IMG/VR virus record: IMGVR_UViG_3300043256_000135
Span: 12,450 to 76,449 of that record
Origin: a virus
DNA: 64,000 nt
Direction: 5' to 3' (one strand)
The notes under the pieces were generated by a model. It saw only the letters and a program-made list of their open reading frames with translations. It had not been told where the DNA came from and searched no databases. A program made the translations under genes and the position numbers. Shown piece by piece: positions 1 to 6,895 of the stretch. Position 1 is the first letter of the stretch. The number at the start of each line of letters is the position of its first letter.

Positions 1-761
1 TCGCGGATTTCAACCACGCGGCCCAGAACTCCGCACGTGCGGATGCGATCACCCAGATCGAACTGTCTGGCTTGGGGATCAAGGAGGGTGAAGGTCGGGG
101 CCTCGGTCAGCTGCTCGCATGGTGCGCCCACGGCGAACTCGTAATTCATCTGCCTCCTCGCTGCGCGGATGTCTTCCATCGGCGTAGATTCGGTGGTGTC
201 CCACTTGGTCCCATTGTTCTCGGGCGTGGCAAAGTTGCGAGCCTCGAAGTACTTGATCCCGGCGGATGTGAACTTCCCATCCTCCATGACGGTCAGCTGC
301 TCGCACGTTGCGCCCTCGGCGTATTCGTAATCGTCCGGCGACACGCCCACGCTTGACTCTGTGGCGAATTCCACATCGGCCTTATTCTTCACGGCCCGCG
401 GCCCGACGTTGTCGTCCAGCCACGTCCGAATCTCCTCGGCCCGCGCTGGCGACGGAATGCCGCCGTCCAGGACAAAGCCGCCGACCGCCTCGGGCTCGCG
501 GGTCATGTCCCACAGGTCGCAGATGAACGCGCGGGCGTCGGGTTGCTTCTCGAACTCGTCGCTGATGTACACCATCTGCATCTCGCGGCCCATCTCCCCC
601 AGTTCCTTCATCGTGCCATCGGTCTGGTGTTTCGTGAAGGTGGCCATCTCCCGGTAGGCAATCGCGAAGAACTTGGCCTGATCGTTGCTCGGCATGTGAG
701 CGAACGCTTTGGCCATCTGTCCCACGTCGATGTCGATCTCGGTCTCGCTGGTGAACTTCAC
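1..761 (-). CDS. Hypothetical mosaic protein (>253 aa, 3' end outside window) with an internal direct repeat and a capsid-like segment
   Basis: Not in ORF track because there is no stop in the window. GTG at 761 overlaps the TGA of the upstream gene; frame open to position 1 (MKFTSETEIDIDVGQMAKAFAHMPSNDQAKFF...). Confidence 0.8.
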   Translation of the reverse strand, partial: MKFTSETEIDIDVGQMAKAFAHMPSNDQAKFFAIAYREMATFTKHQTDGTMKELGEMGREMQMVYISDEFEKQPDARAFICDLWDMTREPEAVGGFVLDGGIPSPARAEEIRTWLDDNVGPRAVKNKADVEFATESSVGVSPDDYEYAEGATCEQLTVMEDGKFTSAGIKYFEARNFATPENNGTKWDTTESTPMEDIRAARRQMNYEFAVGAPCEQLTEAPTFTLLDPQARQFDLGDRIRTCGVLGRVVEIR

Positions 762-1048
762 GGGGCCACCTCACCGATGTCGAAGACGTGCGCTACTACC
801 TGACCACCCAGGACTGTCGCGCTCCCCACGTGCTGGCCCAGAGTAACTTCGGGCGGCAGTGGAGTAGCGGTGCCGATGACGGCCAGCGCACGGTTGACGA
901 CGGGGGCGTCAGGCTTTACGTGAGCCCACACGGCCAGCTGGTCATTTGGGGCAGCCACGTACAGGATCGTTGCCCCTTCGGGCATGGGGATCACGTGGTC
1001 CACTTTGTCGAAGTCCAGCAGGTACTTGTAAATGATGTGGTCGGTCAT
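758..1048 (-). CDS. Small phage hypothetical protein (DUF7352-like)
   Basis: MTDHIIYKY...PMPEGATILYV...LAVWAHV...VIGT...VVAHVFD pattern; GGAG RBS and promoter motif upstream. Confidence 0.75.
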   Translation of the reverse strand: MTDHIIYKYLLDFDKVDHVIPMPEGATILYVAAPNDQLAVWAHVKPDAPVVNRALAVIGTATPLPPEVTLGQHVGSATVLGGQVVAHVFDIGEVAP

Positions 1049-1070
1049 GGGTTCGGTCTCCAGTTGGGAT

Positions 1071-1082
1071 AGCATACCACAC
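1071..1082 (-). promoter_or_regulatory. Extended -10 promoter motif GTGTGGTATGCT
   Basis: Member of a recurring intergenic RTGTGGTA(T/G)NNT motif. Confidence 0.65.
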
Positions 1083-1100
1083 CCAGGTGGGCGTGGGGGA

Positions 1101-1811
1101 TTATTTCGTAGGTCGTTTACACCCCTGCGAGCAATCCGATTTTTTGTAGGTAATCTGGGAAATGTATTCGCCAGAGCCACCACATTCTTCGCATATAGCC
1201 TTCGAGTTGGAATTCAGCTTTTTGTCTCGATCGGATTTCGGTGTCACAGGTTTGATGACGTTGCCCTTCGCGTCGAACGCCTTGACGACGGTGCCGGTGC
1301 CACCCCCGGTCGCCATTGGCTTCCCGGTCTTCATTACCGCGGCTAGCTGCGGGCTGATCATGTGGTGCGTCATACCGGTCAGCACTTGGCGCGCGGAGTC
1401 TTCCAGCACGTCGCTCGCGTTGCCCGGGTAATTAGCCAGCACCACGTCGTCCACGGTGTGTTGCTGCTGGTAGCGCGTGAGCGCGTTCGGCTTCACGGTT
1501 CCGTCGGGCTGCACGGTCCACTCGGTCATGGTCGCGCGGTGCACGGTCGTGTTATGCTGGCGGTACTGCTCCAGCTCCACTTCCTTCAATACCTTGCCGG
1601 CGGCTGGGTGCGGCGGTGGGGGCACCACTTCCACGGGAAGCACCACACCCTGGATCTTTGGCGCCAAGGTGATAGCGGCATGGACGCCCGTCGTACTTAC
1701 GTCCATCGACAGGTGGACGACCTGGATCTTCTTGTCCGTGTCTGCGTCGTAGATATCCACGTTGTTCGGATCGCCGACGTTGCCCCGAATGTAGATGCGT
1801 TTGATAGTCAT
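1101..1811 (-). CDS. Hypothetical protein with C-terminal zinc finger
   Basis: 236 aa ORF; CEECGGSG...CSQGC. Confidence 0.7.
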   Translation of the reverse strand: MTIKRIYIRGNVGDPNNVDIYDADTDKKIQVVHLSMDVSTTGVHAAITLAPKIQGVVLPVEVVPPPPHPAAGKVLKEVELEQYRQHNTTVHRATMTEWTVQPDGTVKPNALTRYQQQHTVDDVVLANYPGNASDVLEDSARQVLTGMTHHMISPQLAAVMKTGKPMATGGGTGTVVKAFDAKGNVIKPVTPKSDRDKKLNSNSKAICEECGGSGEYISQITYKKSDCSQGCKRPTK

Positions 1812-1930
1812 CGCTGTCCTCGCGGGTTCTGGGCGTCCATCCAGTCGACGATGGCCTGGACGAGGGCGGGCGGAACTCCCCGGCGCAGCAGCTCGTCCAG
1901 GAGCATGGCGATTCGTTGGTGGTAGGGCAT
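1808..1930 (-). CDS. Small hypothetical protein (40 aa)
   Basis: MPYHQRIAMLLDELLRRGVPP...; start and stop overlap both neighbours. Confidence 0.55.
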   Translation of the reverse strand: MPYHQRIAMLLDELLRRGVPPALVQAIVDWMDAQNPRGQR

Positions 1931-2139
1931 CAGTAGTTCCCGTCTTGCAGCATGATCGCGGGCCCGTTCGTCACCTCGTGGATCGTGTAAACGTCACCGT
2001 TGCACCGCCGCGACAGGCTGTGCCTTCTCAGCATGGCGTTGAACTTGCGCCGGGCGTCGGCCTCGGACAGGGCGACCACCACAGCCGCCGTGCCCGTGGG
2101 CCATTGCCCCTCGAAGTCGTTCGTGTAGTAGGTTCGCAT
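1930..2139 (-). CDS. Hypothetical protein
   Basis: 69 aa ORF in a coupled series. Confidence 0.65.
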   Translation of the reverse strand: MRTYYTNDFEGQWPTGTAAVVVALSEADARRKFNAMLRRHSLSRRCNGDVYTIHEVTNGPAIMLQDGNY

Positions 2140-2384
2140 CAGAAGTTCCTCTCGATGAGCGCGCTAGGCTCCTGTGTCATGTGGTTGCCGTGCAGAATGT
2201 TCAAGAAGTCGCACATCCCGTCACGATTGCCGGTCACTCCCTCGATCTCCAGCTTGTCCAGGCGCGCTGGGATCTCGGCCTTTGTACGGTTGTTTAGCTC
2301 GCGCTGGGCCTCGGCGACAGTCGGTAGGTACTCGTTGTACCAGTCTTCGGTCTCGGGATACGCTTGTACGCGATAAACGATCAT
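2139..2384 (-). CDS. Hypothetical protein
   Basis: MIVYRVQAY...; ATGA overlap with upstream gene. Confidence 0.65.
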   Translation of the reverse strand: MIVYRVQAYPETEDWYNEYLPTVAEAQRELNNRTKAEIPARLDKLEIEGVTGNRDGMCDFLNILHGNHMTQEPSALIERNF

Positions 2385-2725
2385 GGCTTGTCCCTCAATC
2401 GTAGGTGAATGATGTTCGAAGCCCAGGGGGCGATCTCCAGCGTGTCCGATCCGCTGATCTCCACGTGGTCGCCGCGCAGTGTCACGTCGATGAAGTCCTG
2501 CCAAGACTTGTACTCATCGGTCAAGGCGAACCGGATCCGGGTGCGATCGGGCAGGTAGCTCAGCGGCTTGTCGCGGTAAGGCTCCAGCTCCACGCGAGTC
2601 GGCTCTCTGTTGGTCAGCTCGGCGATCTGCTCGCGGGCCTCTTGCAGCCGCATCCCCAGGGTCTCGAACTCCTGCTGTGCCCACTTGGGCAGGGTCTCCC
2701 GCCGATATGCTTTCTTGGTGCTCAT
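2381..2725 (-). CDS. Phage hypothetical protein
   Basis: 114 aa; LPKWAQ motif followed by a coiled coil; ATGA overlaps. Confidence 0.7.
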   Translation of the reverse strand: MSTKKAYRRETLPKWAQQEFETLGMRLQEAREQIAELTNREPTRVELEPYRDKPLSYLPDRTRIRFALTDEYKSWQDFIDVTLRGDHVEISGSDTLEIAPWASNIIHLRLRDKP

Positions 2726-2934
2726 GATTCTTTCCTCTGGGTTCGCAGAGTCTCATCGCCTTTGATGGTAGCTCCGCAGAATGGACAGAACTTGATTGCA
2801 ATGACGATCTGAGGTTCCCAGGCCAATACAAAGTCGGCCATGTCAGTAGGAACCTCTTCGCCGGCCCGCGTTCCCATGATGCCGACTAGAAAGTGGCGGC
2901 GCATGGTGCAGCAATAAGTTTCCAGTTCACTCAT
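2722..2934 (-). CDS. Small Cys-rich zinc-ribbon protein
   Basis: YCC...IKFCPFCG. Confidence 0.65.
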   Translation of the reverse strand: MSELETYCCTMRRHFLVGIMGTRAGEEVPTDMADFVLAWEPQIVIAIKFCPFCGATIKGDETLRTQRKES

Positions 2935-3581
2935 AACCCCAGCTCCATGTCAGTGCCGCAGCAGCAAGTCGGCAGGCCCACGTCGATCCACTTCTGGGTC
3001 GTGCGCAGAGTATAGCCACACTCAACATCGCTACAGCTCACCTTGATCATGCGGGTGCCTTGCTTGGTAGTCGAGGACTTCGACAGCTCCGCGTGCGGGT
3101 AGGGCCCGAGGTTACCGGTCAGCGCCAGCAACTGGCTGGAGAGCTGCTCTCCAGCCACCGTCGCGGTCATCTTGCCTTCCAGCCCGATGGCCTTGGCCAG
3201 CTTGCGGAACGGCCCCTTGTGGCCCGCATCTTTGCCGACGATGGTGTGGATCAGCTCGTGGATCATGATGTCTAGGACCCGGATGGGCTCGTCCAGCGCG
3301 GGGCTGATGAATATCTCGCAGGTCGCATCGGCACTGCTCTCCGAATGCCACGCCTGCCCGATGGTCTTGCCTCGGCCACCCTTGGGCCAGCCGCAACTCA
3401 GCCTCAACTTTGGGTAGTCGGGCGCTCCCTGCTCGTCGAACAGCGAGCGGACTTCCAGCGCGGCGGCGTTCAGCCACTGCTCTCGGGTCGCGTGCTTCTG
3501 CCCGGTGCATGCTTTCTTTGGCTTGAGCTTCTCGCGCAGCTTGGTCCGCACTGCGCTGTTGAGTTTCATGATTGGGTCCAT
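2931..3581 (-). CDS. SprT-like zinc metallopeptidase
   Basis: HELIH (HExxH), GHKGPF third ligand, C-terminal Cys ribbon. Confidence 0.8.
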   Translation of the reverse strand: MDPIMKLNSAVRTKLREKLKPKKACTGQKHATREQWLNAAALEVRSLFDEQGAPDYPKLRLSCGWPKGGRGKTIGQAWHSESSADATCEIFISPALDEPIRVLDIMIHELIHTIVGKDAGHKGPFRKLAKAIGLEGKMTATVAGEQLSSQLLALTGNLGPYPHAELSKSSTTKQGTRMIKVSCSDVECGYTLRTTQKWIDVGLPTCCCGTDMELGL

Positions 3582-3605
3582 GGATTGTTCCTCGTTTGTT
3601 GCCCA

Positions 3606-3617
3606 ATCCTACCACAC
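3606..3617 (-). promoter_or_regulatory. Extended -10 promoter motif GTGTGGTAGGAT
   Basis: Intergenic, upstream of GAGG RBS of the SprT-like gene. Confidence 0.65.
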
Positions 3618-3638
3618 GTTTACACCAGCGGCGGGGAA

Positions 3639-4217
3639 TTACCCTTTCTCATCCCAAATCTGATCGACCAACCCCCATGCCACGGCCAGCTCCGCGGTGA
3701 AATACTTGTCGGATTTTCCGGCAAAGATCCTTGCCCAGTGGGGGGCAGGCTTTTTGGTGTAGGCTGCGAGCAGGCGGGCGTATGTGGCCATTTGTACCTT
3801 GGCGGCCTCGGCGAGGCTCTTCAGGTAGAGTGGCGGGATGTTCTCGGGCACGTCGGACAGGGCCACGTCATGCAGCATGAAAGTGACGTTCTCGCTGGCG
3901 TACCGGTAGCCCTTCTCCCCGCATGCGACTAGCAGGGGTGCAGCGCTTTGGCACTTGCCCAGGGCGACGGTGTGGACCGGGGCGGATATGGTTCGGGTCA
4001 CGTCGTGCAGGGCGAACGCTTCGTCTAGGTCACCGCCGTACGATGAGACGTACAGCTCGATGGGTTCCTTGTTCACGTCGGCCAGCAGGTAAAGCCCACG
4101 GATGGCGCGGCCGACGGTGGCCTCTTCAACACCGCCGTGCAGGAAGATGCGGCGCCCGGCGATGTCCACGCCGTGCTCCAGGGCGGCTTCGATGCGCGCG
4201 TTGGTTAGGCGGGCCAT
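3639..4217 (-). CDS. clpP: ClpP-family protease proteolytic subunit
   Basis: RRIFLHGGV, YVSSYGGD, GKCQSAA (Ser), FMLHD (His), DKYFTAELAVAWGLVDQI (Asp). Confidence 0.9.
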   Translation of the reverse strand: MARLTNARIEAALEHGVDIAGRRIFLHGGVEEATVGRAIRGLYLLADVNKEPIELYVSSYGGDLDEAFALHDVTRTISAPVHTVALGKCQSAAPLLVACGEKGYRYASENVTFMLHDVALSDVPENIPPLYLKSLAEAAKVQMATYARLLAAYTKKPAPHWARIFAGKSDKYFTAELAVAWGLVDQIWDEKG

Positions 4218-4726
4218 TAGCGGGTCAGACGGTCGAATTGTGCCAGGAATCTTGCCCGTGCAGTCCGCCAGTGCCAGGGCTCGATTGGCAGATCAGGGTA
4301 GGGTACCATGCCCGATGTAGGCACCCACAGATCGAAGCCGAACTCCGCGGCCTCGGTGATCATCAGACGATGGTCCACTGCTTTGAGCGCCGAGGTGAAC
4401 TCCTCCGGCAGCCCGAACTTCGCGCGGATTACGGCCTCTAGGCGGTCCTCGATCACCTTGTAGTCTGGCAGTAGCGCCTTCAGAGGCGTGGGCATGTCGC
4501 CCACGTATGCTTCTTGGGCGTCGTGAAGTAGTGCCTCCAGTTCCAAGCCAGTTGGTGCGACGTCGCTGGCCAGCACGCAATGCTGCGCCACGCTGTAGGG
4601 CCACGGCGTATGTCCGCTGTACCTATTGGTCAGAGACAGGGCGTGCGCGATGTCTTCGATGAGAATTGAGTCGGGCGTGGGATTCAGAAAATCCACGGTC
4701 CCGCTGCGGGTACTGATGTAGGTCAT
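4217..4726 (-). CDS. HD-domain nucleotide phosphohydrolase (YfbR/YfdR-like)
   Basis: IEDIAHALS...RYSGH...YSVAQH...LLHDAQEAYVGD. Confidence 0.88.
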   Translation of the reverse strand: MTYISTRSGTVDFLNPTPDSILIEDIAHALSLTNRYSGHTPWPYSVAQHCVLASDVAPTGLELEALLHDAQEAYVGDMPTPLKALLPDYKVIEDRLEAVIRAKFGLPEEFTSALKAVDHRLMITEAAEFGFDLWVPTSGMVPYPDLPIEPWHWRTARARFLAQFDRLTR

Positions 4727-6063
4727 GGCTTGAGGCGCTGTTCGGCCAACCATTGGCCGTGACAGGGCGGGTCCTTCATGTCATTGGGTCGGAAGTATGT
4801 GATTCCTTCAATGGTGATCCGCTCGCGGCCATCCTTGCCGCGCAGTACGATTGCTGGATATTGATGTACCGTGCCGTCGGGGAACAGCCTGGAGATGCCC
4901 AGGCCCCTCTGCCAGCCCGTGTTGCTCTGCTGTGGGCGGTAGCGTCCCACCTCATGCCGTGCCCCCATGGGCAGAGACATCCAGCACTGACCCTCTTGGG
5001 CTTCAGTGGTTCCAAATGACAGGCCCGCACGGTGGCAGTGCCCAGAGAGGCCTGAACGGCCAGCGGCCAGTAGTTCCGCTCGGGCGGGGCTGACGCCTAG
5101 CTTGGTACCGTGCAGCACACGGAAGAAGTCGAACAGCAACAGGCCGGGCTTCGCATCCTCGGTCCCATCTGGGGCCAGGATGGTGCCACCGTGATACAGC
5201 TGCACATTGTAGTCGTCCAGGCCTAGCAGTTCATCCACGCGCAGGCAGCGCAGCCCGGCGAGGCCGGGGGCCACTTGAGTCAGGTACCGGGCCAGTCGGT
5301 CGCCGGCATCGTGGTTGCCACCGGTGCTGATTAGGTCACCGCAGAAGCCTGCGTCCTCGCGGATCTGCCGGAACATCTCACGTTCGAAGTCCAGCTCGGA
5401 TTGCAGCGGCTCAGTCCAGCCCGGGGTGTGAGGGTGGCTGCTAATCTCGGCGCCCTCCAGGACATCCCCGTTCAGGATCGTGCAGTCAGGCTTTAGATCT
5501 CGCAGGGCGGACAGGTAGGCGAACCACACGAACGGGTCCAGGAACTGGCTATGGGTGTCACTGATGGTCAGGATCAGGTACGACCCGTCGTCATTGAACT
5601 CCAGGCTCTTGGGGTCAATGACATAGGGCGCGACGTATCGTTCCAAGTAGCGTTCGGTGTGTTCGCGCCTGGATTCTTTTGCGCGGTTCGCACGCCATAG
5701 TCGCGTGCCAGGTTGGTCGCGCAAGCCGGCTACCTCCAACGCATGGCTGAACGTGCCGAACTGTGCAATAATGAACTCAATCGGATAGTTTCCGTACAGC
5801 TCGTACCGCTTGCCGTCATTGCCTATGCTGCGGAACTTCCATTGAGGATTCGTATCCTTGTCTTCCGCCACGCGCACAATGTCGGCCAGCATGTCTTCAA
5901 TGGTGGGCCGGCGCTTCAACTTACGCCGTCGGTTCTGTTCCTTCCGGGCGTCTTCGTGCGCCTTGCGCTGGCGATACTTTTGAGTCTCAACCTTGCTCTT
6001 CTTGGTCGAGTCTGGCGCGGCCAGCAGCTCGTCCACGGCCTTCATCTTTTTGCGGCGGCTCAC
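4723..6063 (-). CDS. Calcineurin-like metallophosphoesterase with basic N-terminal extension
   Basis: SDTH, NGD, GNHD, HG and GHCH motifs; FGTFSHALEVAGL repeat-like motif in the N-terminal part. Confidence 0.85.
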   Translation of the reverse strand: MSRRKKMKAVDELLAAPDSTKKSKVETQKYRQRKAHEDARKEQNRRRKLKRRPTIEDMLADIVRVAEDKDTNPQWKFRSIGNDGKRYELYGNYPIEFIIAQFGTFSHALEVAGLRDQPGTRLWRANRAKESRREHTERYLERYVAPYVIDPKSLEFNDDGSYLILTISDTHSQFLDPFVWFAYLSALRDLKPDCTILNGDVLEGAEISSHPHTPGWTEPLQSELDFEREMFRQIREDAGFCGDLISTGGNHDAGDRLARYLTQVAPGLAGLRCLRVDELLGLDDYNVQLYHGGTILAPDGTEDAKPGLLLFDFFRVLHGTKLGVSPARAELLAAGRSGLSGHCHRAGLSFGTTEAQEGQCWMSLPMGARHEVGRYRPQQSNTGWQRGLGISRLFPDGTVHQYPAIVLRGKDGRERITIEGITYFRPNDMKDPPCHGQWLAEQRLKP

Positions 6064-6332
6064 AGTGCTTCACCGGTGTCGGGGTCCAGCTTCATTACGT
6101 CGCGCACGTAAGCCCGGACGGTGCCATACCATCTCGGGCCATCGAATCGTTCGCGCAGCCCGTTGCGATAGAGCCACGGCAGGCTCATGCTCGCGCTCGG
6201 ATCACCGGTATGCTTCAGCTCCAGGAAGTACCTGATCGCTGCAATCAGCTCGGTGTTGCCATTCATCATGTGCTTTGTGGGGACAGTGGCGCCCTTCAAC
6301 AGGGAGTCGACAACTTGTTTGGGTTTGGTCAT
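6060..6332 (-). CDS. Hypothetical protein
   Basis: MTKPKQVV...; overlaps both neighbours. Confidence 0.65.
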   Translation of the reverse strand: MTKPKQVVDSLLKGATVPTKHMMNGNTELIAAIRYFLELKHTGDPSASMSLPWLYRNGLRERFDGPRWYGTVRAYVRDVMKLDPDTGEAL

Positions 6333-6895
6333 CTGATGTTGGCTCCAATCCATTCGCGCACGGCTGCATCCAGTACAGTATACCTCGCCATATGGGAAAC
6401 AGCGTATACTCCCCATCCATTTTTCACGCCTTCGTGTGCTACTTGAACGATGACGCCGACCAGCTCACCGTGATCGTTTACAACCGCGCCGCCACTACAG
6501 CCATAAATCACTGGGGCGCTCATCCAACCAGACTGCTGTGCCTGGTACCCTTCGGTCTTTAGTAGGGCATCGCCCTGATGCCAACTATAGGTGTACACTC
6601 GCTCGAACACTTGGGGCATCTCTGCGGCGGGCCGCAGGCCGTACGCCTTTGCTTCAGCGCAGGGGACCAGGGCCAAGTCCGTGTCGGGGTGGGGGATTGC
6701 TTCACCGCATGGCATCCCATCGGCCGTGATTATCGGCAGCATGTGCTTCGCAGTCAGGATCCACCCGTCCACGATAACCACACCCGAGCCTGTTTCGCCG
6801 TTGGGGCCCTTCAGTAGTAGGACATTTGGATAGTTCCAAGTTGTTGAACAGGCAGGCAGGAGCAGAACAGCAGCTAGGGCAGCACACTTCAGCAT
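6329..6895 (-). CDS. Trypsin-like serine protease, predicted lipoprotein
   Basis: Lipobox LLLPAC; GSGVVI, LTAKH, DLALV, GCSGGAV triad motifs. Confidence 0.85.
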   Translation of the reverse strand: MLKCAALAAVLLLPACSTTWNYPNVLLLKGPNGETGSGVVIVDGWILTAKHMLPIITADGMPCGEAIPHPDTDLALVPCAEAKAYGLRPAAEMPQVFERVYTYSWHQGDALLKTEGYQAQQSGWMSAPVIYGCSGGAVVNDHGELVGVIVQVAHEGVKNGWGVYAVSHMARYTVLDAAVREWIGANIR

